Below the pieces are notes generated by a model. The model saw only the letters and a list, made by a program, of their open reading frames with translations. It did not search any database and was not told the origin of the DNA. From contig JAZRMM010000021.1 of the NCBI GenBank assembly GCA_045647535.1, positions 3,116-67,115 of the forward strand: a stretch of 64,000 nucleotides of DNA, written 5' to 3'. Source of the DNA: Alistipes sp. GTDB taxonomy: Bacteria; Bacteroidota; Bacteroidia; Bacteroidales; Rikenellaceae. Shown in pieces: positions 1 through 8,210 of the stretch. Within the stretch, counting starts at the first letter, position 1; every line of letters starts with the position of its first letter. A program made the position numbers and the translations under genes.

Positions 1-997
1 GGTCCTGGGTCATATATACCGATGTGCCATCGCCACGAAGAAGAAGCTTCTGGTCGAGGCCGTCAGCCTCGAGGTCAATCCATACGGAGTTATCCTCCTT
101 GCGGAAGAATACGCCCTTGTTGAGGCCATCCTCCACGAGGCTCTTACCCAGGAGGTATGTCTGTGACTCGTAGTACACCTTGTCGAAGTCTACGCCAAGG
201 GCCTTGTATGTTACGTCGAAGCCCTCGTATACCCAGCCGTTCATTGTCTCCCACAAAGCGTAAATCTCGGGGTCTTTAGCCTCCCACTTACGCAACATCT
301 CCTGCGCCTGGAGCATTATAGGAGCCTGCTTCTTAGCCTCCTCCTCCGAGATACCCTTCTCGGCCATAAGCTCCTTGACCTGCTGTTTGTAGTGCTTGTC
401 GAACTCCACATAGTACTTACCCACGAGGTGGTCGCCCTTCATGCCCGACGATGCAGGGGTCTCGCCACCACCATATAGCTGCCATGCGAGCATCGACTTG
501 CAGATGTGAATACCGCGGTCGTTCACAAGGTTTACCTTGATGACATTGTGACCATTGGCCTTGAGGATTGTTGCCACCGAGTATCCGAGTAGGTTGTTTC
601 GTATGTGACCCAGGTGTAGTGGCTTGTTGGTGTTTGGCGACGAGTACTCAATCATTATTGTGCGACCCGATGGTGCTGCCATGCCGTAGTTCTCGGTATG
701 GACAATCTCCTGGAAACGCTCTGCCCAGAACGATGCGTCAACCACGAGGTTGAGGAAGCCCTTGATGACGTTGAACGACTTGATCTCGGGTGTTGAAGCC
801 ACAATCTTCTCACCGAGCTCCGTAGCCGTAGCCTCGGGGGATTTCTTCGACGCACGAAGTAGTGGGAAGACCACTACGGTGTAGTCGCCCTCGAACTCCT
901 TACGAGTCTTCTGTATCTGTATGTTGTCGCCCACGCCATACAACTCCTCGGTTGCACGCTTCACGACATCTGCGATGAATAGTTCTATATTGACCAT
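1..997 (-). CDS. argS: Arginyl-tRNA synthetase (5' part; runs off the window start)
   Basis: Not in the ORF track. Manual translation from ATG at 997 gives MVNIELFIADVVKRATEELYG...QKTRKEFEGDYTVVVFPLL...EYSSPNTNKPLHLGHIRN (HIGH-type motif). Confidence 0.95.
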   Translation of the reverse strand, partial: MVNIELFIADVVKRATEELYGVGDNIQIQKTRKEFEGDYTVVVFPLLRASKKSPEATATELGEKIVASTPEIKSFNVIKGFLNLVVDASFWAERFQEIVHTENYGMAAPSGRTIMIEYSSPNTNKPLHLGHIRNNLLGYSVATILKANGHNVIKVNLVNDRGIHICKSMLAWQLYGGGETPASSGMKGDHLVGKYYVEFDKHYKQQVKELMAEKGISEEEAKKQAPIMLQAQEMLRKWEAKDPEIYALWETMNGWVYEGFDVTYKALGVDFDKVYYESQTYLLGKSLVEDGLNKGVFFRKEDNSVWIDLEADGLDQKLLLRGDGTSVYMTQD

Positions 998-1024
998 TGT
1001 TACCTATATTTATATACTGAGGTG

Positions 1025-1032
1025 CAAATATA
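1025..1032 (-). promoter_or_regulatory. Bacteroidetes -7 promoter element (TATATTTG) for argS
   Basis: Matches TAnnTTTG about 30 bp upstream of the argS start. Confidence 0.6.
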
Positions 1033-1147
1033 CAAATTTTTTCCGAATTATCCATTTTATGATGGAAAATAGGTGGCTCGGACTATTTTTGCGGCTCCTC
1101 GATGCTACGAGCTTATCTGCTCGATGAAGAGCGTGAAGAGGAGTAAT

Positions 1148-1499
1148 CGTTCACCGTTCACCCGTTCATTTTCCATATCATAATGAACGGTGAACGGTGT
1201 ACGCTTAAACAATTATATCAATAACTATATATATCAATATGAGTAATTATAGATATCAGTTAGAGAAGTATCGTGGTCGTGGTACCCGATACACCTCTCC
1301 TCAGTGTGGTCGCAAACAATCGTTTACACGTTATATTGATACATATAATAATATATATCAGTGATAGAGTATATATATATTGATATGTCTATTTATCCCT
1401 ATACGTATATACAATACTTCACTGATAACCCATGGAAGAGGGACGTACACCGTTCACCGTTCATTATGATATGGAAAATGAACGGGTGAACGGTGAACG
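1148..1499. repeat. Perfect 56-bp inverted repeat pair (1148-1203 and 1444-1499), each arm built from CGTTCAC/GTGAACG units
   Basis: cgttcaccgttcacccgttcattttccatatcataatgaacggtgaacggtgtacg and its exact reverse complement. Confidence 0.93.
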
Positions 1500-1610
1500 C
1501 CGCGCCCATAGACACCATACCCGAGTGGGTGTGGGAGTATAGCCGTTCGCACGGCATAGTCTCGGAGCACCATCAGTGGCTCGAGCACCTCTTTTCTCCA
1601 CCATTTTACC
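1239..1610 (+). pseudogene. Degraded DUF6371/PG0870-like (Zn-ribbon, primase-like) gene remnant
   Basis: MSNYRYQLEKYRGRGTRYTSPQCGRKQSFTRYIDTY, then a frameshift in an AT run (ISDRV), then QYFTDNPWKRD...*...PIDTIPEWVWEYSRSHG. Family recognised from memory. Confidence 0.6.
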
Positions 1611-1670
1611 ACCCTCGCCTCTTGCGCATTAGCGCTAATTTTCCTATCTTTGTAAAAAAAATAGGATAGC

Positions 1671-2693
1671 ATGAAAATCGCTGATATAGACCTTGGCTCC
1701 CAGCCACTATTTCTTGCCCCCATGGAGGATGTCACCGACCCATCGTTTCGCTATATGTGTAAGCGCTTCGGTGCCGATGTTGTCTACACCGAGTTCATCT
1801 CGTCGGATGGCCTCATACGCGATGCGTGGAAGTCGCGCGCTAAGCTCAACATCGCTGACTACGAGCGCCCCGTGGGCATACAGATATATGGCCACCTCAT
1901 AGAGCCTATGGTCGAGGCGGCACGCATAGCCGAGAGCGCCAACCCCGATATTATAGATATCAACTTCGGTTGCCCCGTGAAGAAGATTGCGGGACGTGGT
2001 GCCGGCTCGGGAATGATGAAGGACCCCGACCTCATGGTGGAGATGACACGACAGATTGTGCGTGCTGTGAATAAGCCCGTGACGGTGAAGACACGCCTGG
2101 GATGGAGTGATGAGATGAAGAACATCGAGGAGATAGCCCTGCGCCTTCAGGATGTGGGCATTGCAGCCCTCACCATCCATGGCCGCACACGTGCGCAGAT
2201 GTATCGTGGCGAGGCCGACTGGTCGCTCATAGGCAAGATTAAGAACGACCCCCGCATAACAATACCCATCATCGGCAATGGCGATGTCGACTCTGCGGAG
2301 AAGTGCAAGCTAATGTTCGACCGCTATGGCGTCGATGGTGTGATGATAGGTCGTGCCACCTATGGTCGCCCCTGGATATTCAGGGAGTGTCGCCACTACC
2401 TCACCACAGGCGAGCTTCTGCCTCAGCCCTCGGTGGTGGAGCGTGTGGCAATAGCCAAGGAGCATCTCGCCAAGTCGTTGGAGGTCAAAGGTGATAGGGT
2501 AGGTATTCTCGAGATGCGCCGCCACCTCACCAACTATTTCAAGGGTCTGCCCGACTTCAAGCAGACACGCCTCAAGCTCGTCACCTCGTTCGATATAGAC
2601 GAGATTATCCATACGCTCGACTATGTGGCCGAGCGTTGGGGCGACTTCGATATGCGCGAGGCTGTGCCAGCACCCCTCTCTCACGATATATAA
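1671..2693 (+). CDS. dusB: tRNA dihydrouridine synthase DusB
   Basis: LAPMEDVTD, DINFGCPVKK, HGRTRAQMY and GNGD motifs; TATCTTTG promoter element at 1645-1652. Confidence 0.93.
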   Translation: MKIADIDLGSQPLFLAPMEDVTDPSFRYMCKRFGADVVYTEFISSDGLIRDAWKSRAKLNIADYERPVGIQIYGHLIEPMVEAARIAESANPDIIDINFGCPVKKIAGRGAGSGMMKDPDLMVEMTRQIVRAVNKPVTVKTRLGWSDEMKNIEEIALRLQDVGIAALTIHGRTRAQMYRGEADWSLIGKIKNDPRITIPIIGNGDVDSAEKCKLMFDRYGVDGVMIGRATYGRPWIFRECRHYLTTGELLPQPSVVERVAIAKEHLAKSLEVKGDRVGILEMRRHLTNYFKGLPDFKQTRLKLVTSFDIDEIIHTLDYVAERWGDFDMREAVPAPLSHDI

Positions 2694-2702
2694 CATTGAG
2701 CC

Positions 2703-3437
2703 ATGAGAAGATACCTCTTAGCCGTCATCGCTCTCATCTTCAGCCTTATGCCCCATGTGTCTAAGGCTCAGGAGGGCTTCACCGCAGCACGCGAGATAGC
2801 CTTTGTCTACGATACCATACTTCGTGCCGACGACAACCTCTTGAACCCAGGGCACTCGTGCACCATGGCGGAAGCTATGGACCTCCTGGTCGAGACCATG
2901 ACTTCGAATAGTACGGCTTCGACACCTATGGTGCAGAACTATGTGGAGTACTTCGCCGCAGTTCCCGAGGATATCATCGCCTACCCCATGTGGTACGATG
3001 GGGAGGATGACCCCGAACGACAGAGTGCTATCGCCGACTACCACGCCGCCATAGAGGCTATGCAACGCTATGCCGATGGCAACCTTGACAAGTTTCCTGC
3101 CGAGACCCTTATGAGGCCCGTATATAGGGCTCTTATGGCCTATGATGATGCCGTATATGAGGGCCTCTGTGTCGCAGCACCATATAGGCTTCTGGCCTAC
3201 CGTCTGCTTCAGCAGATACTCCTCCTCGCACCCTCTATCGACATGATAGCCACGTCGGTAAGCGACGATAAAGAGTACGCCCTGTTGGATGCCTCGGCAA
3301 AGAGCTACTACCAGCGTGCTGTCGTCTCGCCCATCTTCCACTTCAACCATCACGAAGGTGCATGGGGTGTTATCATGCGCACGGACTTAGCTCCCAGCAC
3401 CATCGAGGAGGTCGACTTAGATATGTTATTTAATTAA
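2703..3437 (+). CDS. Hypothetical exported protein
   Basis: 244-aa ORF with an N-terminal signal peptide (MRRYLLAVIALIFSLMPHVSKAQ), tightly spaced between dusB and the dehydrogenase. Confidence 0.7.
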   Translation: MRRYLLAVIALIFSLMPHVSKAQEGFTAAREIAFVYDTILRADDNLLNPGHSCTMAEAMDLLVETMTSNSTASTPMVQNYVEYFAAVPEDIIAYPMWYDGEDDPERQSAIADYHAAIEAMQRYADGNLDKFPAETLMRPVYRALMAYDDAVYEGLCVAAPYRLLAYRLLQQILLLAPSIDMIATSVSDDKEYALLDASAKSYYQRAVVSPIFHFNHHEGAWGVIMRTDLAPSTIEEVDLDMLFN

Positions 3438-3450
3438 ATAGTATAGCGAT

Positions 3451-4620
3451 ATGAATAGTTTTGTTTACGACATCCCCACAAGGGTATACTTTGGCAAGGA
3501 CCAACTATCGAACCTCGGCAAGGAGCTTCAGAAGTTTGGTCGTCGTGTGTTGCTCACCTATGGCGGTGGCTCAATCAAGCGTATGGGTCTCTACGATAGG
3601 GTTATGGCGGAGCTTAAGGCCGCAGATATGGAGGTCTTCGAGCTCTCGGGCATTGAGCCCAACCCACGCATTAGCTCTGTGCGCCAGGGTGCGGCCATCT
3701 GCAAGGAGCACAATATCGACGTTCTCTTGGCCGTAGGTGGTGGCTCGACCATCGACGCCACTAAGTTCATGGCCGCAGGTGCCTGCGTAGACCACGACCC
3801 ATGGGAGTTCTTCGGCGCTAATGCCAAGCCTATTGAGCGAGCACTCCCCATCGTCACCATCCTAACACTCTCGGCCACAGGCTCCGAGATGGACTCGGGT
3901 GGTGTTATCTCAAACCCCGAGACCGAGGATAAATTGGGACGTATGGCCCCTGTCATGCAGCCTAAGGTCTCGTTCTTGGACCCTACGCTCACCTACACGG
4001 TATCTAAGTACCAGACGGCGTGTGGTGCTGCCGACATATTGTCGCACATCATGGAGGTATACTTCAACATGACGGAGGATCTATATATGCTCGACACCGT
4101 CATGGAGGGTCTCATGAAGACCGTCGTTAAGTACGCCCCAATAGCCTATAACGACCCCGAGAACTATGAGGCTCGTGCCAACCTTATGTGGGCATCGTCA
4201 TGGGCCATCAACGGCTTCATCAATGGCGGCAAGCGCAAGGCGTGGAGTTGCCACCCTATGGAGCATGAGCTCTCGGCAACCTACGATATCACCCATGGTC
4301 TCGGCTTAGCTATACTCACCCCACGCTGGATGGAGTACTGCCTCGACGATAGTAACGTACAGCGCTACGTGTCGTTTGGTGTCAACGTCTTTGGCATAGA
4401 CCCCACCCTGGAGCCTATGGCCATCGCCAAGGAGAGCATCAAGCGCCTCTCTACACTCCTCTTCGACACCCTCGGTCTTCAGCGTAGCTTCACCGAGGTG
4501 GGCATCAAGCGTGAGGACTTCGCTACCATGGCACGCAAGGCCTGCCGCTATGGCGACATACGTGGCTTCAAGACCCTTACACCTGAGGATGTGGTGCGTA
4601 TCTACGAGATGTGCCTGTAA
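3451..4620 (+). CDS. Iron-containing alcohol dehydrogenase (BdhA/YqhD-like butanol dehydrogenase)
   Basis: GGGSIK, IEPNP, AVGGGSTID, TLSATGSE and HPMEHELSA..HGLGLA motifs. Confidence 0.9.
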   Translation: MNSFVYDIPTRVYFGKDQLSNLGKELQKFGRRVLLTYGGGSIKRMGLYDRVMAELKAADMEVFELSGIEPNPRISSVRQGAAICKEHNIDVLLAVGGGSTIDATKFMAAGACVDHDPWEFFGANAKPIERALPIVTILTLSATGSEMDSGGVISNPETEDKLGRMAPVMQPKVSFLDPTLTYTVSKYQTACGAADILSHIMEVYFNMTEDLYMLDTVMEGLMKTVVKYAPIAYNDPENYEARANLMWASSWAINGFINGGKRKAWSCHPMEHELSATYDITHGLGLAILTPRWMEYCLDDSNVQRYVSFGVNVFGIDPTLEPMAIAKESIKRLSTLLFDTLGLQRSFTEVGIKREDFATMARKACRYGDIRGFKTLTPEDVVRIYEMCL

Positions 4621-4646
4621 ACACCTAAGCATATAAACAGTGAGGG

Positions 4647-4680
4647 ACTGCACAACACTTACGTTGTCAGTCCCTCTTTG
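4647..4680. terminator. Hairpin terminator between convergent genes
   Basis: Stem gagggactg...cagtccctc followed by ttt; boundaries approximate. Confidence 0.5.
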
Positions 4681-4687
4681 TCTGTTG

Positions 4688-5167
4688 CTATCCTCGTGTG
4701 ACGAGCACTACGGCCGTGGTAGATACTCCCTCCTCACGACCCTCGAAGCCGAGGTGTTCGGTCGTCGTTGCCTTCACCGAGATACGCTCCACGTCTATGC
4801 CCACAACCTGAGCAAGACGCTCACGCATCCTATCTATATAGGGGCGTAGCTTGGGTCGCTGCATGGCTATGGTGCAGTCTATGTTGCTTATGGCGTAACC
4901 CATGGCCTCGACCCTGTCGACAACCTCTCTGAGTAGTAGGGTGGAGTCCACACCCTTGTATCGTGCATCGCTATCGGGAAATAGCTTGCCTATGTCGCCT
5001 AAGGCGAGAGCCCCAAGCAGAGCGTCGCATATGGCGTGTATCGCCACATCGCCATCCGAGTGGGCTATGCACCCCTTGCTGTGTTCCACCTCTACGCCAC
5101 ATAGCACCAGGCGTAGTCCCTCACCCAGGGCGTGTACATCGTAGCCCTGTCCTATACGAATATCCAT
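4688..5167 (-). CDS. ispF: 2-C-methyl-D-erythritol 2,4-cyclodiphosphate synthase
   Basis: RIGQGYDVH, HSDGDV..HAICDALLGA and VKATTTEHLGF motifs. Confidence 0.96.
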   Translation of the reverse strand: MDIRIGQGYDVHALGEGLRLVLCGVEVEHSKGCIAHSDGDVAIHAICDALLGALALGDIGKLFPDSDARYKGVDSTLLLREVVDRVEAMGYAISNIDCTIAMQRPKLRPYIDRMRERLAQVVGIDVERISVKATTTEHLGFEGREEGVSTTAVVLVTRG

Positions 5168-5171
5168 ATAT

Positions 5172-5615
5172 CTATCGTCTAAAGTTTAACCATCTACGCA
5201 TCAGCGCCAACGTGTATCTGCGCACCAGACGAGGTGTGTGTAGCCACATACGCTCCCTTAGGCGCCACCACCACGAGGTGCAGCTAACCACTCTGCCACC
5301 TCTGCGGCGTACATGCTCCACAACGCCTATGACCCTCTCGCGTGGGCATTGCTCCATGCCTCGGAGGTTGCCGTCACCCATGAGTGTCACCGTGTTGCCA
5401 TCTACATCTCGCACCCTATGCACCACGATGTGACCATCACGCTCGCGAAACATAGCTATGCGCCCACATATATTCTCCTCCACGGTCGTGCGGCGCACTA
5501 CGATGATATCGCCACCACGTCCCAGCAAGGGTAGCATACTGTAGCCCGTCACCCGAAGCTCGAAGCTCTGGCCTATCTCCACCAGGCTCTCTATGTTATC
5601 CAAGACCCTATTCAT
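5172..5615 (-). CDS. S24/S26 family peptidase
   Basis: VTGYSMLPLL (catalytic Ser), VVHRV and GDGN motifs. Confidence 0.8.
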   Translation of the reverse strand: MNRVLDNIESLVEIGQSFELRVTGYSMLPLLGRGGDIIVVRRTTVEENICGRIAMFRERDGHIVVHRVRDVDGNTVTLMGDGNLRGMEQCPRERVIGVVEHVRRRGGRVVSCTSWWWRLRERMWLHTPRLVRRYTLALMRRWLNFRR

Positions 5616-6489
5616 CGCCTATGATTGTTCTATGCGATAGCCTTGCCGCCTCGTCGTTGGGCAGACACTCCAAGTGAAAGACAGCCACACTACGCAGTAT
5701 CTCACCGAGCGTACGACATATCCTATCTTGAAGCCTCTCGTCATGAGCATACTGTGGAGGACACGAGGGTAGTAGCGCCCCTATAGCCGCTATTGTCGTG
5801 AGCCTACGTATGACGTTGTGAGGTGCCTGGCTTAGACGACAGATACCCGCAATAGGCACATATCTTGGCTTGTAGCAGGGCCTCTTGCCACTCCATGGTG
5901 AGCCATATACACGGGCCTCACCCTCCACGATACGCACTATCGGCGAGTCATCGTTCAGAAGCGTAGACCCCTCGATATGCTCTCTCCATAGCTGTGTGTG
6001 GGTGCTCTTGCCCGTTCCCGACTCTCCGAGGAAGAGAACACCACGCCCTCGACACTCTATTACTGACGAGTGCATGGCTATGGCCTGCCTCTGGCTAAGC
6101 ACCACGCCAAACATCATCCACAAGCCGAAGCGTAGTAGCGCAACATCCCTTGCGTCACGAGGCTCGCTGTTGGTCACAATATCAAGCGTAGTGGCGTCAA
6201 TGTGGAAGAGCATCGCCTCTCGCTTGTCGTCTCCTTCTACCCTATAGAGGTAGCCTCTCTTGGTTGTGGCAAACACACCCTTAGCCTCAGCCTCCTCTAT
6301 ATGGCTGCTTGAAATGACCCTTGTAACCTCGCCTGCAACATCGCTCATGTCGCCAGTGAAGCTAATATGGCAGTCCCATGAGGTGTTGTCACCCTCTATC
6401 TCAAAGGGTGCAAAGCCCCTGAGACCCATGGCCGAGAGGTCTCGGTCGCTGCGTATGATAATATCTGCAATGCTATATCTTAGTGACAT
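5608..6489 (-). CDS. HPr-kinase/PEPCK-like P-loop kinase
   Basis: HSSVI...GVLFLGESGTGKSTH, LLNDDSPIVR and YGSPWSGK motifs. Likely start MSLRY at 6489, just after the ABC gene stop. Confidence 0.78.
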   Translation of the reverse strand: MSLRYSIADIIIRSDRDLSAMGLRGFAPFEIEGDNTSWDCHISFTGDMSDVAGEVTRVISSSHIEEAEAKGVFATTKRGYLYRVEGDDKREAMLFHIDATTLDIVTNSEPRDARDVALLRFGLWMMFGVVLSQRQAIAMHSSVIECRGRGVLFLGESGTGKSTHTQLWREHIEGSTLLNDDSPIVRIVEGEARVYGSPWSGKRPCYKPRYVPIAGICRLSQAPHNVIRRLTTIAAIGALLPSCPPQYAHDERLQDRICRTLGEILRSVAVFHLECLPNDEAARLSHRTIIGDE

Positions 6490-6491
6490 AT

Positions 6492-8186
6492 CTACTCCAA
6501 GGTTACTATTCTGTCGCAATACTCCAGCGAGCTCTCACGATGGGCTATCACCACTATCGTGAGGTCGTCACTATTGGCTGATAGACGACGTATGGCGTTG
6601 TTGATGTTCTCCTCTGTTTGGCTGTCTAACGACGATGTAGCCTCGTCGAATAGGAGTATGTCGCAACCCTTGTATAGGGCACGAGCTATGCCTATCCTCT
6701 GTCGCTGACCCCCCGATATGCGGCACCCTTGCTCGCCTATGTGCGACTCCACACCCTCGGGTAGCGACTCTACGAAGCTTTGTAGGTCGGCCCTCTCTAT
6801 GGCCATTGCCAACCTCTCGAGGTCTATATCCTTTCGCTCCACGCCTAAGGCTATGTTCTCCGCAAGGGTCATGTCGCCGATGAATACCTGCTGCGAGACG
6901 TAGCCTATGTTGTTCTGCCACTGACGCACTCTACCTCCTGTGAGCTCCTCGCCATCTACGAGTATCCTTCCCGCCGTAGGCTTATAAAGGCCTAAGAGTA
7001 GGTTGAAGAGCGTCGTCTTGCCCACGCCCGAAGCACCACGAATACCCACACGCTCACCTCGGCGTATCTCCATCGATAGGTTCTCTATTGTTGGTGTTGT
7101 GCTATCCTCAAAGGTGAAGCATAGCCCCTCCAGTACAAGACTTGTGCGTAGCTTTAGAGGCTCGGTCGATACCTCATCCTCTGTCATTTCCACCTCTGTG
7201 GCCTCAGCCATGGTGGCTATCGTGTAGCTGTTTAGTCGCAGTGTGCTCCAGCTTGCGAGGATGTTGCGTATCGAGGGTATCAGTCTTACTGCCGCCACGG
7301 CAAAGATGCCGAAGATGAGTCCCATATCCTCACTTGAGGCGTATATGCTTACGAGCAACATTGCCACCAGTGCCAAGCTAAGCCCCACCTCGGTGAACAT
7401 CTGCGGAAGCATGCCAAGTGTTGCACTGCGCCTACGTAGCGTTACCACCTCCTTGGCAGCCTCGTCGAAGCGCTTGAGTCTCTCGGCAAAGGCACCTCCC
7501 ACCTCAATGTCGGCATAACCTCTGAAGCACTCCGCCACAATGCGACTCTTGATGCGCTGTGCCTCGTTCTCCCTAAGACCTATGTCGTTTAGTCGGCGAC
7601 GTACCACGATGTAGAATATCACCATTATGGGTAGCAGCGCTGCGAGGGTGAGTAGCGCTACACTCGGTGAGTAGCATACCAGCGCTACGAAGAGCATCAC
7701 AAGAAGCGCCACCTCGCCGATGATTGTTGCTATGGGTCGCAGTACTCCCGCCACAAACATAAGGCTCACCACATTGACGTTGCGTGTGAGGAGTGCCGTG
7801 TTGTTGTGCTTTATGAAGCTAAGACCTCGACGATAGTAGCTCTCGAAGAGCTGCCTTGATAGGGTAGTGTATAGATCGTATATGTAGTCGCGCTCGATGC
7901 GATATAGCGCCAGGACTACGATGTTTTTGAGAAGTATGACACCCAGGATTACTGCGCATATCACCAATGCAAAGCTCTCATGCGAGCTACACCCAAAAAG
8001 GTCGTAGGCCTCACGTAGAGGTGCTATGCTCCTTATGCTGTCGCCATCGAGGATGACCATGAGGAGTGGTATCATCATCGCCACACCCACAAAGTTGAGC
8101 AGTGCACGTATGAAGATGGTTGCAACCACCCATACGGCACGCCCTCTATATGAGGGGGGTAAGGTTCTATATAGTCTGTTTATCAT
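6492..8186 (-). CDS. ABC exporter, fused permease/ATPase
   Basis: N-terminal TM helices; GASGVGKT, ISGGQRQR and LLFDEATS motifs. Confidence 0.9.
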   Translation of the reverse strand: MINRLYRTLPPSYRGRAVWVVATIFIRALLNFVGVAMMIPLLMVILDGDSIRSIAPLREAYDLFGCSSHESFALVICAVILGVILLKNIVVLALYRIERDYIYDLYTTLSRQLFESYYRRGLSFIKHNNTALLTRNVNVVSLMFVAGVLRPIATIIGEVALLVMLFVALVCYSPSVALLTLAALLPIMVIFYIVVRRRLNDIGLRENEAQRIKSRIVAECFRGYADIEVGGAFAERLKRFDEAAKEVVTLRRRSATLGMLPQMFTEVGLSLALVAMLLVSIYASSEDMGLIFGIFAVAAVRLIPSIRNILASWSTLRLNSYTIATMAEATEVEMTEDEVSTEPLKLRTSLVLEGLCFTFEDSTTPTIENLSMEIRRGERVGIRGASGVGKTTLFNLLLGLYKPTAGRILVDGEELTGGRVRQWQNNIGYVSQQVFIGDMTLAENIALGVERKDIDLERLAMAIERADLQSFVESLPEGVESHIGEQGCRISGGQRQRIGIARALYKGCDILLFDEATSSLDSQTEENINNAIRRLSANSDDLTIVVIAHRESSLEYCDRIVTLE

Positions 8187-8210
8187 ACCACAAAGATATA
8201 TAATATCTGG

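Noticed and set aside
1148-1499. Classical MITE with terminal inverted repeats
   Set aside because: No target-site duplication is evident and the pseudogene reading frame continues through and beyond the right arm, so the arms are not element ends.
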